Source: Torpedo marmorata
Lineage: Eukaryota
DNA length: 64,000 nucleotides
Reading direction: 5' to 3'
NCBI GenBank assembly: GCA_977017645.1
Contig: OZ360220.1
Span: forward strand, 85,188,001-85,252,000
Shown: positions 23,665-34,395 of the stretch, piece by piece
Layout: every line of letters begins with the position of its first letter
Position numbering within the stretch: the stretch's first letter is position 1
Made by a program: the position numbers and the translations under genes
Notes under the pieces: generated by a model
Database searches by the model: none
What the model was told of the DNA's origin: nothing
What the model saw: the letters and a program-made list of their open reading frames with translations, nothing else

Positions 23665-26600
23665 TTACAGATCGAGTTTCACCGGCGGCCGGATTTGCCG
23701 CCGTGACCTGCGTAGCGTCAGCGGTGATGGTAGTGGTTGTGGAATGAGGGTACGAGTGGGAAAACGTGATACCTGCGGAGATGGTTGTGGCTGTGGAATG
23801 GGAGTAGGTACAGTAGGGTGGATCTGGGGCTGGTTCGCCTCCTGCCTGGTTAGTGGCCAGACCAGCTGTGACGGAGACAACGTCGTGCTGGGAGGCGGAT
23901 GGGCCGGAGGGGGCAGCTGCGACCCGGCGTTCCCGCTGTCGGGGACCTCTTCAGACGCTCCTGCAGGCGCCAGGTCCCGTATTGACACCGTGTCCTCCCG
24001 CCCGTCGGGGAGAACCACGAATGCGTATTGCGGGTTTGCATGGATCAGCTGCACCCTCTCGACTAAGGGCTCGTACTTGCTACTCCGAAGATGTTTGCGG
24101 AGTAGCACCGGCCCCGGGGACGTCAGCCAGGCAGGGAGTGTAGTTCCGGTGGTCGATTTTCTGGGGAAGGAAAAGATACGTTCGTGAGGGGTAGTGTTAG
24201 TGGCGGTACATAAGAGGGATCGTATAGAGTGGAGGGCGTCCGGGAGAACCTCCTGCCAGCGAGCCACTGGCCACCCTTTTGCTTTGAGGGCCAGTAGTGT
24301 CGCTGTCCATACTGTGGCGTTCTCCCTCTCCACCTGTCCGTTCCCCCGTGGGTTGTACCCCGTGGTCCTGCTGGTAGCGATGCCTCGGGCCTGCAAGTGC
24401 TGTCGCAGCTCCCCACTCATGAACGCGGACCCCCGGTCGCTGTGGACATAGCTGGGGAACCCGAACACGGTGAAAACCTGGTGGAGAGCCTTGATAGCCG
24501 ACGCCGCCGAGGTATCTGGGCAGGGGATGGCAAAGGGGAACCGCGAGTACTCATCGATGATGTTGAGGAAGTACACATTGCGGTTCGTGGATGGAAGGGG
24601 GCCCTTGAAGTCTATACTGAGACGTTCGAACGGGCGGGTGGCTTTGACCAGCTGTGCTCTGTCGGGGCGGTAGTACTGCGGTTTGCATTCCGCACAGACT
24701 CGGCAGCTGCTGGTCATGGTCTTGACCTCATCCAGGGAGAAAGGCAGGTTCCGTGCTTTAACGAAGTGGAACAGCCTGGTAACTCCTGGGTGGCAGAGGT
24801 CATTATGGAGGGAGTATAACCGGTCGATCTGCGCGCTGGCGCACGATCCCCGGGATAGAGCGTCAGGGGGCTCGTTGAGCTTCCCGGGCCGGTAAATGAT
24901 GTCGTAATTGTAGGTGGAGAGTTCTATTCTCCACCTCATGATCTTGTCATTTTTAATTTTACCCCGCTGCTGGCTGTTAAACATGAAAGCGACGGAGCGC
25001 TGGTCCGTCAGCAGGGTAAAATGTTTTCCGGCGAGATAGTGCCTCCAATGCCGAACAGCCTCGACAATGGCCTGGGCCTCTTTCTCTACCGCAGAGTGCC
25101 GAATTTCGGGGCCTTGAAGGGTGCGGGAGAAAAACGCTACCGGTCTTCCCGCCTGGTTGAGGGTAGCAGCCAGTGCGAAGTCCGAGGCGTCACTCTCCAC
25201 CTGAAAAGGTTCAGACTCGTCCACCGCGTGCATCGCTGCTCGGGCGATGTCCCCTTTTATGAGGTCGAAAGCCTCACGTGCCTCCGCTGCCAGGGGAAAC
25301 TTGGTGGATTTGACGAGGGGTCGGGCTTTGTCCGAGTAGTTGGGGACCCACTGCGCATAATAGGAGAAAAACCCGAGGCATCGTTTGAGTGCTTTGGGGG
25401 TAACGGGGATCGGAAGTTCCAACAGGGGGCGCATGCGGTCGGGGTCGGGTCCAATCACCCCGTTTTCCACGACGCACCCCAGGATAGCGAGTCGGGTAGT
25501 CCCGAACACGCATTTCTCCTTATTATATGTGAGGTTCAGCGTCTCGGCCGCCTGTAAGAACTTCCGAAGGTTCCTATCGTGATCCTGGCGGTCATGACCA
25601 CAAATGGTGATGTCGTCCAGGTACGGGAAGGTGGCAGTGAGCTTGAACTGGTCAATGATCCTGTCCATCTCCCTTTGGAACACGGATACCCCATTTGTTA
25701 CCCCGAAGGGGACGCGCAGAAAATGGAATAATCTGCCGTCCGCCTCGAAAGCGGTGTATACTCGGTCCTCCCGGCGGATTGGGAGCTGATGGTAAGCCGA
25801 CTTAAGGTCGATGGTGGAGAACACTTTATATTGGGCAATCTGGTTGACCATATCCGCGATCTTTGGCAGCGGATAGGCATCCAGTTGCGTGAACCGGTTG
25901 ATGGTCTGACTATAGTCCACCACCATCCGGCTCTTAGCCCCGTTCTTCACCACCACTACCTGAGCTCTCCAGGGGCTATTACTGGGTGCAATGATCCCTT
26001 CCCCCAGTAAACGCTGCACCTCCGCCTTAATAAATGCCCTGTCCCCTGTACTGTATCGCCTACTTTTAGTTGCGATGGGCTTACAGTCAGGGGTCAGGTT
26101 GGCGAAGAGTGGCGGGGGTTGGGTCTTTAGCGTGGAGAGACCACAGGTAGTCTGGGGCGTGTTAGTTAAATATTGGGGGTTAGTCACTACGATCGGGGGG
26201 TGGGGCCCATCATAGTGCATGGTGACGCTACGCAGGTGGCTTTGGAAGTCCAAACCCAGCAGTACAGGAGCACACAAACGAGGCATGATTAACAGTGAAA
26301 ATTCTCGGTATTCCGTGCCCTGTACCACTATATTCGCCACACAACCCCCCCGGATGTCTGTTGTGTGCGTTCCAGACGCCATGGCCACCCTCTGGCTTAC
26401 CGGTACAATGGTGAGGCCACAGCGCTGGGCAGTGTCCGGATGGATAAAACTTTCTGTACTGCCTGTGTCGAACAGGCAGGTGGTCTTATGCCCCTCAACG
26501 ATAATGTCCATCATTGACCTGGACAGTTGATGGGGCGCACTCTGGTCCAGCGTCACGGATGCCAGGGTCGAGACGAGGTCTTGATCCGACGAGTCGTCTT

Positions 26601-27762
26601 GATCCGGTGGCAGCTCCCGTAGCTCATACGTGTCGCTACGAGAGGGTGGAGCCGGAAGTGCTGGAAGTGCTGCGGTGAGATTATAAAATGGCCGCGCCGG
26701 AAATGTAGAGATCGGAAATGGCCGCCTCCAGTCCTCGCACGAGGTCTCCGCAGGAAGTGACGTCATGTAAGATGGCCGCCCCCTCCCGTCGCACGTGGCG
26801 CTGCTGGAAACCGGAAGTGCAGTGCGCTGTGATGGCCGCCTCCAGACCTCGCACGAGGTCTCCGCCGGAAGTGGAGTCGAGGAAGATGGTCGCTCCCATA
26901 CCTCGCACGCGGCGCTGCTCGGACCCGTGCGCGACTTGGAGCGGCAGGCCTTAGCATAGTGGCCTTTCTTGCCACAGCTAGAACAAGTCGCGTCTCGGGC
27001 CGGGCAGCGCTTGCGCGGGTGCTTGTCGAGCCCGCAGAAGTAACACTTCTCGGGCTCCCGGGTGATAGCGGCGGCGGTTAACTCACAGGTAGCGGCGGGC
27101 TCTCGGGCCGCGGCGGCAGCGGCCAACTCACGGATAGCGTCGGCGGCGGCAAGCGGGTCCCGGTAGACGGCAGCGGCGGTCGCGTTGCTTGTAGGGCTGA
27201 CGGCTGGGGCGATCCAAGAAGCAGGCTGCGCCTGCATAGCGTCAGCGTTCTTTAGGGCTGAGTCCAGGTTCAGAATGTTCTGGACAGTCGATTTCAGGGT
27301 CAGGTCGGCGTGTTCCAGCAATCGCTGGCGGATGTAGCCTGACCTGATCCCTTTTATGATAGTGTCCCTTGCCAGTATCTCGGAGTGTTGCTCAGCCGTC
27401 AGGGCTCGACAGGCACACGCTCGCACCATTAACATCACATCTTGGATATACTCGGAGACCGACTCTCCGGGTCGCTGGTACCGCTGCGATATCCGGTGCC
27501 TTGCAAAAATCTCGTTCGCAGGCGTCAGGTACAGCGTTTGGAGGGCGACCAAGGCATCCTCAAAAGTCTCACAGTCTCTGACGGCGCCATACACTCGCTT
27601 GCTTACCCTAGACATGAGGATATCGAGTTTCTGCTCGTCAGTAGCTGCTCTGGACGACCTCATGTAGGCTAAGAAGCAGCGTTGCCAAAGTTCAAAATCG
27701 CTAGCAGCGTCTTGGGCCAGGGGGTCGATGTCTAGCTTGTCTGGCTTTAACAAATTCTCCAT
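23665..27762 (-). CDS. gag-pol: Gag-Pol polyprotein, 1365 aa from first ATG (gag, two zinc knuckles, protease, RT, RNase H, integrase)
   Basis: First ATG at 27762 (MENLLKPDKL; the track start at 27819 is a non-ATG codon inside the LTR). CYFCGLDKHPRKRC and CSSCGKKGHYAKAC knuckles, LFDTGS, DLKSAYHQ, PFGVTNG, YLDD, ESDASD, TDQRS, H..CH..CRVC, DFKGP/SDRG/VERE DDE triad; Pro-rich tail with no chromodomain evident. Confidence 0.97.
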   Translation of the reverse strand: MENLLKPDKLDIDPLAQDAASDFELWQRCFLAYMRSSRAATDEQKLDILMSRVSKRVYGAVRDCETFEDALVALQTLYLTPANEIFARHRISQRYQRPGESVSEYIQDVMLMVRACACRALTAEQHSEILARDTIIKGIRSGYIRQRLLEHADLTLKSTVQNILNLDSALKNADAMQAQPASWIAPAVSPTSNATAAAVYRDPLAAADAIRELAAAAAAREPAATCELTAAAITREPEKCYFCGLDKHPRKRCPARDATCSSCGKKGHYAKACRSKSRTGPSSAACEVWERPSSSTPLPAETSCEVWRRPSQRTALPVSSSATCDGRGRPSYMTSLPAETSCEDWRRPFPISTFPARPFYNLTAALPALPAPPSRSDTYELRELPPDQDDSSDQDLVSTLASVTLDQSAPHQLSRSMMDIIVEGHKTTCLFDTGSTESFIHPDTAQRCGLTIVPVSQRVAMASGTHTTDIRGGCVANIVVQGTEYREFSLLIMPRLCAPVLLGLDFQSHLRSVTMHYDGPHPPIVVTNPQYLTNTPQTTCGLSTLKTQPPPLFANLTPDCKPIATKSRRYSTGDRAFIKAEVQRLLGEGIIAPSNSPWRAQVVVVKNGAKSRMVVDYSQTINRFTQLDAYPLPKIADMVNQIAQYKVFSTIDLKSAYHQLPIRREDRVYTAFEADGRLFHFLRVPFGVTNGVSVFQREMDRIIDQFKLTATFPYLDDITICGHDRQDHDRNLRKFLQAAETLNLTYNKEKCVFGTTRLAILGCVVENGVIGPDPDRMRPLLELPIPVTPKALKRCLGFFSYYAQWVPNYSDKARPLVKSTKFPLAAEAREAFDLIKGDIARAAMHAVDESEPFQVESDASDFALAATLNQAGRPVAFFSRTLQGPEIRHSAVEKEAQAIVEAVRHWRHYLAGKHFTLLTDQRSVAFMFNSQQRGKIKNDKIMRWRIELSTYNYDIIYRPGKLNEPPDALSRGSCASAQIDRLYSLHNDLCHPGVTRLFHFVKARNLPFSLDEVKTMTSSCRVCAECKPQYYRPDRAQLVKATRPFERLSIDFKGPLPSTNRNVYFLNIIDEYSRFPFAIPCPDTSAASAIKALHQVFTVFGFPSYVHSDRGSAFMSGELRQHLQARGIATSRTTGYNPRGNGQVERENATVWTATLLALKAKGWPVARWQEVLPDALHSIRSLLCTATNTTPHERIFSFPRKSTTGTTLPAWLTSPGPVLLRKHLRSSKYEPLVERVQLIHANPQYAFVVLPDGREDTVSIRDLAPAGASEEVPDSGNAGSQLPPPAHPPPSTTLSPSQLVWPLTRQEANQPQIHPTVPTPIPQPQPSPQVSRFPTRTLIPQPLPSPLTLRRSRRQIRPPVKLDL
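26645..26915. repeat. In-frame 54-60-nt tandem repeat between zinc knuckles and protease
   Basis: (A/G)ATGGCCGCC-type motif recurs at ~26717, 26771, 26831 and 26885; protein repeat CEVWERP / CEVWRRP / CDGRGRP / CEDWRRP. Confidence 0.85.
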
Positions 27763-27794
27763 TGATCGTATTTCGTTGAAACTGTTAATAAAAT

Positions 27795-28042
27795 TGATAT
27801 ACCTATCAATAACTGACACGAGTCTAGAAGTGCAGGAATTAACAGGCTTTTATTAACAGAATCAAGCCAGGACTAGCTATGCCTTGACCTGATGATCCCT
27901 GCTGGATTGTCCCGGAACTGGGGGAGGAGTTGCTGGCTCAAGGCCTTTATTCCAGGTAAAAGGGGAGGGGTCACCGGGACAGACAGACAGGTCATGGTCA
28001 TACCTGCCTCAGGCCACAATACATACAAAGTGGTTTACCACA
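27795..28042 (-). repeat. 5' LTR (248 bp)
   Basis: Same as 23320-23567; two AATAAA on the - strand. Confidence 0.97.
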
Positions 28043-28065
28043 GTCAGGTAAGACAAATTTCAGTT

Positions 28066-31000
28066 GTTTGCTGCACCAAGACCTGGCTAACAGAGAACAC
28101 ACCGCTATCCGACCAGACGGTTTCACCATTCATAGACTGGATCGGAACTCGGATTCTGGAAAAGGGAGAGGGGGTGGTGAGTGCTTTTTCGTTAATACTG
28201 GGTGGTGTATGGACATTGGAATTATGTCGACCTCCTTCTCTACTGCCTTAGAGCAAATCTCGATTAAATGCAGACCCTTCTATCTACCCCGAGAGTTTTC
28301 ATCAGTGATTCTCACTGGAGTTTATATCCCTCCTGATGCCGATTACAAACAGGCACTTGCGGAGCTGCATGATGTGGTCAATAAACAAGAGACGGCCCAG
28401 CCCGACGCATTACAAATCTTAGTCGGTGACTTTAACCAGGCCTTTGTCAAGAAAACCCTGCTCAACTACCACCAGCATGTAACCTGCTGTACCAGAGGTC
28501 CCAGCACACTCGATCACTGCTACACCAAGAAAAGGAAGGCCTACCGTTCTTTCCCGAGACCGCACTTTGGCAAGTCGGATCACCTGGCTGTGCTCCTTCG
28601 GCCTTCATACAGACAGAGCCTAAAAAGAGAGGCTCCGGAGATCAGGACAGATAGAAGCTGGTCACAGGAGGCTGAAAAATGGTTACAGGACTTTCTTGAG
28701 TCAGCAGATTGGGCTGTGTTCAAGGACTCAGCTGAGAATCTGAACGATTACACCAGGGCTTTCACAGACTTTATCAAAACAGCTGTGGATGAGTGGGTCC
28801 CCACCAAATCGTTCAGGGTTTTCCCCAACCAGAAGCCCTGGATGAACAATGAAATCTGGAACCTGCTGAGAGCCAGATCACAGGCATTTTGTCCGGAGAT
28901 CCAGATCAATACAGAAGGAGCAGGTATGACCTGCGAAAAGCTATCTCCCGTGTGAAGTGGAGATTCCGGATGAAAATGAAAACAACAAGGCACACCCAAC
29001 AGCTGTGGCAGGGCCTAAATGCCATAACCTGTGACAAAACCAAATCCGGTGAAGTAGCAGATGGCAAAGCTTCGCTTCCAGAGGATCTCAATACCTTCTA
29101 CGCCTGATTTGATGACAGTAACAGCGAAGAACCACCCCTCCGCATCCCCACCTCCCCTGATGATCCCATCCTGTCCATATCTGAGGATGACGTGCGTGCT
29201 GCCTTCAGGAGAGTGAATCCAAGGAAAGCATTTGGCCTGGACGGAGTACCTAGCCAAGTATTAAAAATCTATGCTGACCAACTTACCAATGTATTCACGG
29301 ATATCTTCAACATCTCACTCAGGCAGAGCTTGGTACCCACCTGTTTCAAACAGGCGTCAATCATACCAGCGCCCAAGAAGAGTGTAGTAACCTGCCTTAA
29401 TGACTATTGACCAGTAGCTCTTACATCAACAATGATGAAATGTTTTGAAAGGCTGGTGATGAAACATACCAGCTCCTGTCTGAGCGGCGACATGGATAAG
29501 TTCCAGTTCGCCTATCGTAGTAACAGGTCTACCAGGGATGCCATCTCACTGGCTCTACACAAAGCCCTGGAACACCTGGACAGTAAAGATGCATACAACA
29601 GGATGCTCTTTATCGATGACAGTTTGGCAGTTAACACCATCATCCCCTCCAAACTGATCAGCAAACTTCAAGACCTGGGGCTCCCACTGTGTAATTGGAT
29701 CATGGATTTCCTCACCTCCAGACCACAATCAGTGAGGATTGGTAAGAACATCTCCTCCACAATCTCCATCAGTACCGGAGAACCACAGGGCTGCGTTCTT
29801 AGCCCCCTGCTTTACTCACATTACACCTACGACTGTGTGGCTCGGTACGACAATAACACAATCTCCAATTATTTATAAATGGGATTCTAAATTAATATCA
29901 GTAAAAAAGAAAAATTCACCAATTATTAAACATTTGTTAGAAATATGGGGTAAGACGGATAAAGAAATAGGTGGAAAAGGATTGATTTCTTCAAATACGC
30001 TATTATATCAAAATGGACTTATATCATTTACTGTTAATAATCAGTTACTTAAAATTTGGTTTCAAAAAGGTATTAAGAAGATTAGTGATTGTTTTGAAGC
30101 TGTAAAATTTATTACGTTTCAAAGAATGAAAGATAAATTTAATATATCAGATAATACATTTTTAGCTTATTATCAAGTTAAAGCTTTTTTGACTGAGAAA
30201 TTAGGTTATGCCTTGATTCTACCGAGACAAAATGAGTTAGAATTATTAGTTACTAATGGAGATGTCAATAAATTCATTTCTCAAATGTATAAATTGTTTC
30301 AGAGGAAAATGCCTAAAATAGGATTGCATAAATCAAGATTAAAATGGGAATTAGATTTAAATGTAAATATAGATGAAAATCATTGGAAAGATTTATGTAA
30401 ATTAAGTATGACGAACATTATCAATGTTAGATATAGACTAGTACAATATAATTTTTTTCATCAATTATACTTAACACCTAAAAAACTAAAGAAATTTAAT
30501 TCGACATTATCAGGTTTATGTTTTAGATGTAATAGAGAGGAAGGTTCTTTTGTTCATTCTACATGGTTTTGTCCAAAAATTCAAGATTTTTGGTTGAAAG
30601 TTAAAATTTTTTTAGATAAAGTATTTAAGATTACATTTCCAATGGATCCTATGTTATTTTTATTTGGAGATATTAAAAAATTTAGTATTAAGAAGAAATT
30701 AAATATGTATCAAGTAGAATTTTTGCGAATTGCTTTAGCTGTTTCAAAAAAATGCATTGATATTACTTGGAAATCTGATTTAGATTTAGGACTAGAAAGA
30801 TGGCATGCAGAACTTCGTTCGTGTATACCACTTGAAAAAATTACTTATAATTTACGTAATAAATATCATTTTTTCTTGAAAATATGGAGCCCATATATGA
30901 GAGCTGTGGATTTAAGGATTTGAAGATCTCTGGATATCGGATCTGCTGGCATATTTGACCTCCATAATAGAATTAGTTTAGAAGGTATTCCCCTTATTCT

Positions 31001-31508
31001 ATTCTTTTCTTTCTTTCTTTTTTCTATTTTACTTTAATTTTTTTTTTTTTTTACTAGATTAGTGGGGATGGGGGGGTTGGGGAGGGGAGGGAGGGTGGGG
31101 GGGTGAAAATGTATCACATGTATTTTGATAATTTTATATCTTATCTCATGTATTTTGTGATTTAAAAATTTAAATAAAATAATTAAAAAAAAAAAATAAC
31201 ACAATCTCCAAATTTGCTGACGATACCATGGTAGTGGATTGTATAAAGAAAGGTGATGAGTCAGCATACTTGGCTGAATGGTGCACCAACAACAATCTTG
31301 CACTCAATGTCACCAAAACTAAGGAGCTGATTGTTGGCTTCAGGAAGGGAAAGGCAGAGGTATACAATCCAGTGATCATTGGGTGATCAGAGGTGGAGAA
31401 GGCGAGAAAATTTAAGTTCTTGGGAGTCACTATCTCGGAGGATCTTTCCTGGACCCAACACACTAATGGCATCGTGAAGAAAGCATGTCAGCGCCTCTAC
31501 TTCCTCAT
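28066..31508 (+). mobile_element. Rex1 (Rex-Babar clade) LINE, APE endonuclease + RT, decayed; interrupted by an L1-clade insertion
   Basis: TKTWL, GGGECFFVNTGWC, KCRPFYLPREFSSVILTGVYIPP, GDFN, TLDHCY, SDH; [34 protein letters not shown], and KFADDT after the insertion. Confidence 0.92.
29869..31194 (+). mobile_element. 5'-truncated L1/Tx1-clade LINE (ORF2 C-terminal zinc-finger region, 3' UTR, poly-A)
   Basis: 17-bp TSD AATAACACAATCTCCAA (29852-29868 and 31195-31211); CFRCNREEGSFVHSTWFCPK motif; open frame to stop at 30923; T-tract, G-tract, AATAAA, poly-A. Confidence 0.92.
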
Positions 31509-31989
31509 ATGGGGCGGCACAACATTGAGGGCCGAAGGGCCTGTACTGAGCTGTAGTGTTCTATGTTCTATTTCTTTTATTTTATTGATATTTATAACTG
31601 AGGAATATAATTATTTTCCTTAACACTAGAGGTCACTCTTGTAGAATATTACTGTGGTGTATATATAGAAATCATTCTGCTTTTTGTATAACGTGACTTG
31701 GAGCAGCTGTTTGAAAATAGTTGAATTGGGATATTTTGGAGGATTCAGAATCTCTGATAAAAGGCAGCTGGCTTTTTAATTGCATGATGGAAGATTTAGC
31801 AATAAGGTAGAAAATTATAATTCTATCTACAATGAGTACAATGTAAGAAGTTGTTAGAGCAAACAGAGATAAAGCATTTCCTTGGGTGGAGTGTCAAGAA
31901 TACAATAGTAAAAGGAGGGTAAGGCAAGTTAGGAGATATATTAGAGAGCATTTCTTCACCAACTCTATATGCACTACTTGCAGTATGTT

Positions 31990-32512
31990 CCAACCATGTT
32001 GAGACTGCACTTGTGCAATTTTGGTTACTCAGGTATAGGAAAGATATCATAAAGCTGGAAAGGAAGCAGAAAAGTTTCATGAGAATGTTACCAGGACTGG
32101 CATGCTTGACGTATAAGGAGAGGCATTTCTTTCTTGAGTGTAGGAGGCTAAGGTGTGGGGAGGGAGGGGTGGGGGGGGGGTCTTATAGAGGTTTATAAAA
32201 TCATGAGGGCCATAGATAAGGTAAATAGTCAAAGCTTTTTTACCAGGGTAGGGGGAATCTGAAAATGGAGGGCATAGATTTAAGATGAGAAGCAAATGTT
32301 TTAAAAGGGATTTGAGGGGCTCTTTTTTCATACAGAGAGGTGGTGGCTTTATGGATTGAGCTGCCAGCTGAAGTGGTAGAAGCGGGTATGATTATGATAT
32401 TCTAAAAACATTTAGACTGGTACATGGAGAGGCAAGATTTCGAGGGGTATGAGCTAAACACAGGCAAATGGGACTCACTTGGTCACCTTGGATAAGTTGG
32501 GCTGAAGGGTTA
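31990..32512 (+). mobile_element. CR1 LINE 3' fragment
   Basis: VQFWLLRYRKDIIKLERKQKSFMRMLPGL..; FFIQR..W.ELP. Confidence 0.85.
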
Positions 32513-32656
32513 NNNNNNNNNNNNNNNNNNNNNNNNNNNNNNNNNNNNNNNNNNNNNNNNNNNNNNNNNNNNNNNNNNNNNNNNNNNNNNNNNNNNNNNN
32601 NNNNNNNNNNNNNNNNNNNNNNNNNNNNNNNNNNNNNNNNNNNNNNNNNNNNNNNN
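32513..32656. other. Assembly gap (144 N)
   Basis: Run of n. Confidence 1.
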
Positions 32657-33744
32657 GAAAAATCAGGATTTACCTCAACAAAGTAATAACATTGTACAAT
32701 TATCGGCTACTTGACTTTAAATGCATTCCTAATTGGAGTAGTAGCAAAGTGAAATTAAACGTCACCCCATCAAACCTTTACACATTTGTAGCCATCATAT
32801 TTTTTTCTGTGCTGAGCACTTTATTTTTTATTTATTTAGAGATACAGCATGGTAACAGGCTCTTCCGGCCCACAAGCCCGCACCTCCCAATATACTTTGT
32901 TGCACCTCATTGTGGGAATATATATTTACATATCTTTCAACAGTGATTCTCAGTTATATTCTATACATATCTCAGAATTTCCTACTGCTTCCAGTAATGA
33001 AAAAATAGGCTTCCTTGCATATTTATATTAATGCATGTACATTATTTTCCTTATTCTGAAGACACTTTCCCAGTCTTTATTGGATTAGTGCTATCTGTAG
33101 ACAAAGGAGATGTGCGTTGAGCAGGATTAGTTGTACTCCCCTTTCCTCATCAGGATTTCCTCACTGCCATCTCACATTTAAAAAGCTGAGAATTGATGAC
33201 CTTTGCTCTTTGAAAGAAAGAGTTCAAATCACAAGGGTCTGTTGTCGTTGATTATAAGGAATGAGGAGCACAATTCTATTGCTTAGTTCATGCCAATTCT
33301 GTGCAGTAGCACAGAATCCATGTAATAATCAAATATATTAATGTGTTCATTTTAAAGAAGTGATTAAAATTGGAAATAATTATGAAACTTTATTACATAT
33401 TACATGTGCAGAAAGCTTCCATTTAAATATGTGAATTGCCAATTGCTAGTCAGTATCTAGTAAAATGCAAAGGATTTATATATAATTTCATTCTTACCCA
33501 TAAAAGAAAGTAAAATAAATTCAGGTCAAATAATAAAAATTTTGATCCCTATTTGTTAACTCAATAAATAGTTGAAAACTAAATTGAAAAACCACACGAG
33601 TATGTACAACGCTAGACCGATAAGTTCATACACATTTACTTTGTATTCTGGGTCTTATGAAAATTTATAGGCTTGGAATGAATTAAAATTGATCCTCAAA
33701 GAAAGTAAGAAATAACAGCAGGTGAGTCTATAGAGCTCATCACA

Positions 33745-34395
33745 TTGTAGGTCAGGACCTATGTTATCAACGCCTCTACTTTCTAAGGAGTTTGAGGAGA
33801 TTTGGCATGTCATCGGATACTCTATCAAACTTCTACTGGTGCACTGTGGAACATATACTGGCTGGTTGCAACACAGCCTGGTTTGGCAACTCAAGTGCCC
33901 AGGAACACAGAAGGCTGCAGAAGGTAGCAAACATAGCCAGGTCCATTACAGGCTCTGACCTCCCATCCATTGCAGATATCTATGTGAGGTGCTCCCTCAA
34001 GAAGGCAGCCAACATCATTAAGGACCCTCATTACCATGGTCACAACTTAGTCTCACTGCAATCTTTGGGCAGAAGGCACAGAAACTTGAAAATCAGCATC
34101 ACTAGGTTCAAGAACAGTTTATTTCCATCAGCTATTAGATTCTTGAACCTCCCCTTGGTACCCTAATGATGGACTGCTCCAATGGCACAAAAGCACTGTC
34201 TGCATTATTGCAAGTCACATTTTTTTGCACTAGGATTATTGTGAATATTTATAATCTATCTTATGTATTTATTGTCTCTAATTTAATTTAATTTTTTTAC
34301 TATTATAGCTTTTCCTCATTAGTACCTGTTCGGCTGCAGCAAGTCAGAATTTTGATACATATGTACATTATACAATGTGTATGACAATAAACTCA
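33745..34395 (+). mobile_element. Rex1-clade LINE 3' fragment with 3' UTR
   Basis: RRFGMSSDTLSNFYWCTVEHILAGCNTAWFGN..IIKDPHYHGH..TRFKNSLFPSAIRFLN; ends TGACAATAAAC. Confidence 0.88.

Larger units (their letters stand above)
23320..28042 (-). mobile_element. Intact, very young Ty3/Gypsy LTR retrotransposon
   Basis: 248-bp LTRs (23320-23567 and 27795-28042) with TG..CA ends, no difference seen by eye; 5-bp TSD GTCAG (23315-23319 and 28043-28047); PPT; single uninterrupted gag-pol ORF; CpG-rich. Confidence 0.97.

Noticed and set aside
26645-26915. CRISPR-like repeat-spacer array
   Set aside because: Degenerate in-frame coding tandem repeat in a eukaryotic retrotransposon; no unique spacers or cas genes.
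23744-27672. Many antisense and alternative-frame ORFs over the Gypsy gag-pol
   Set aside because: Shadow ORFs expected in GC-rich coding DNA; none shows a domain signature.
27763-27819. N-terminal 19 codons of the 1384-aa ORF in the track
   Set aside because: Starts at a non-ATG codon inside the LTR; the first ATG is at 27762.
29739-30923. 394-aa ORF as a host gene or novel fusion protein
   Set aside because: It is an out-of-frame stretch of Rex1 read into a 5'-truncated L1-clade insertion bounded by a 17-bp TSD.
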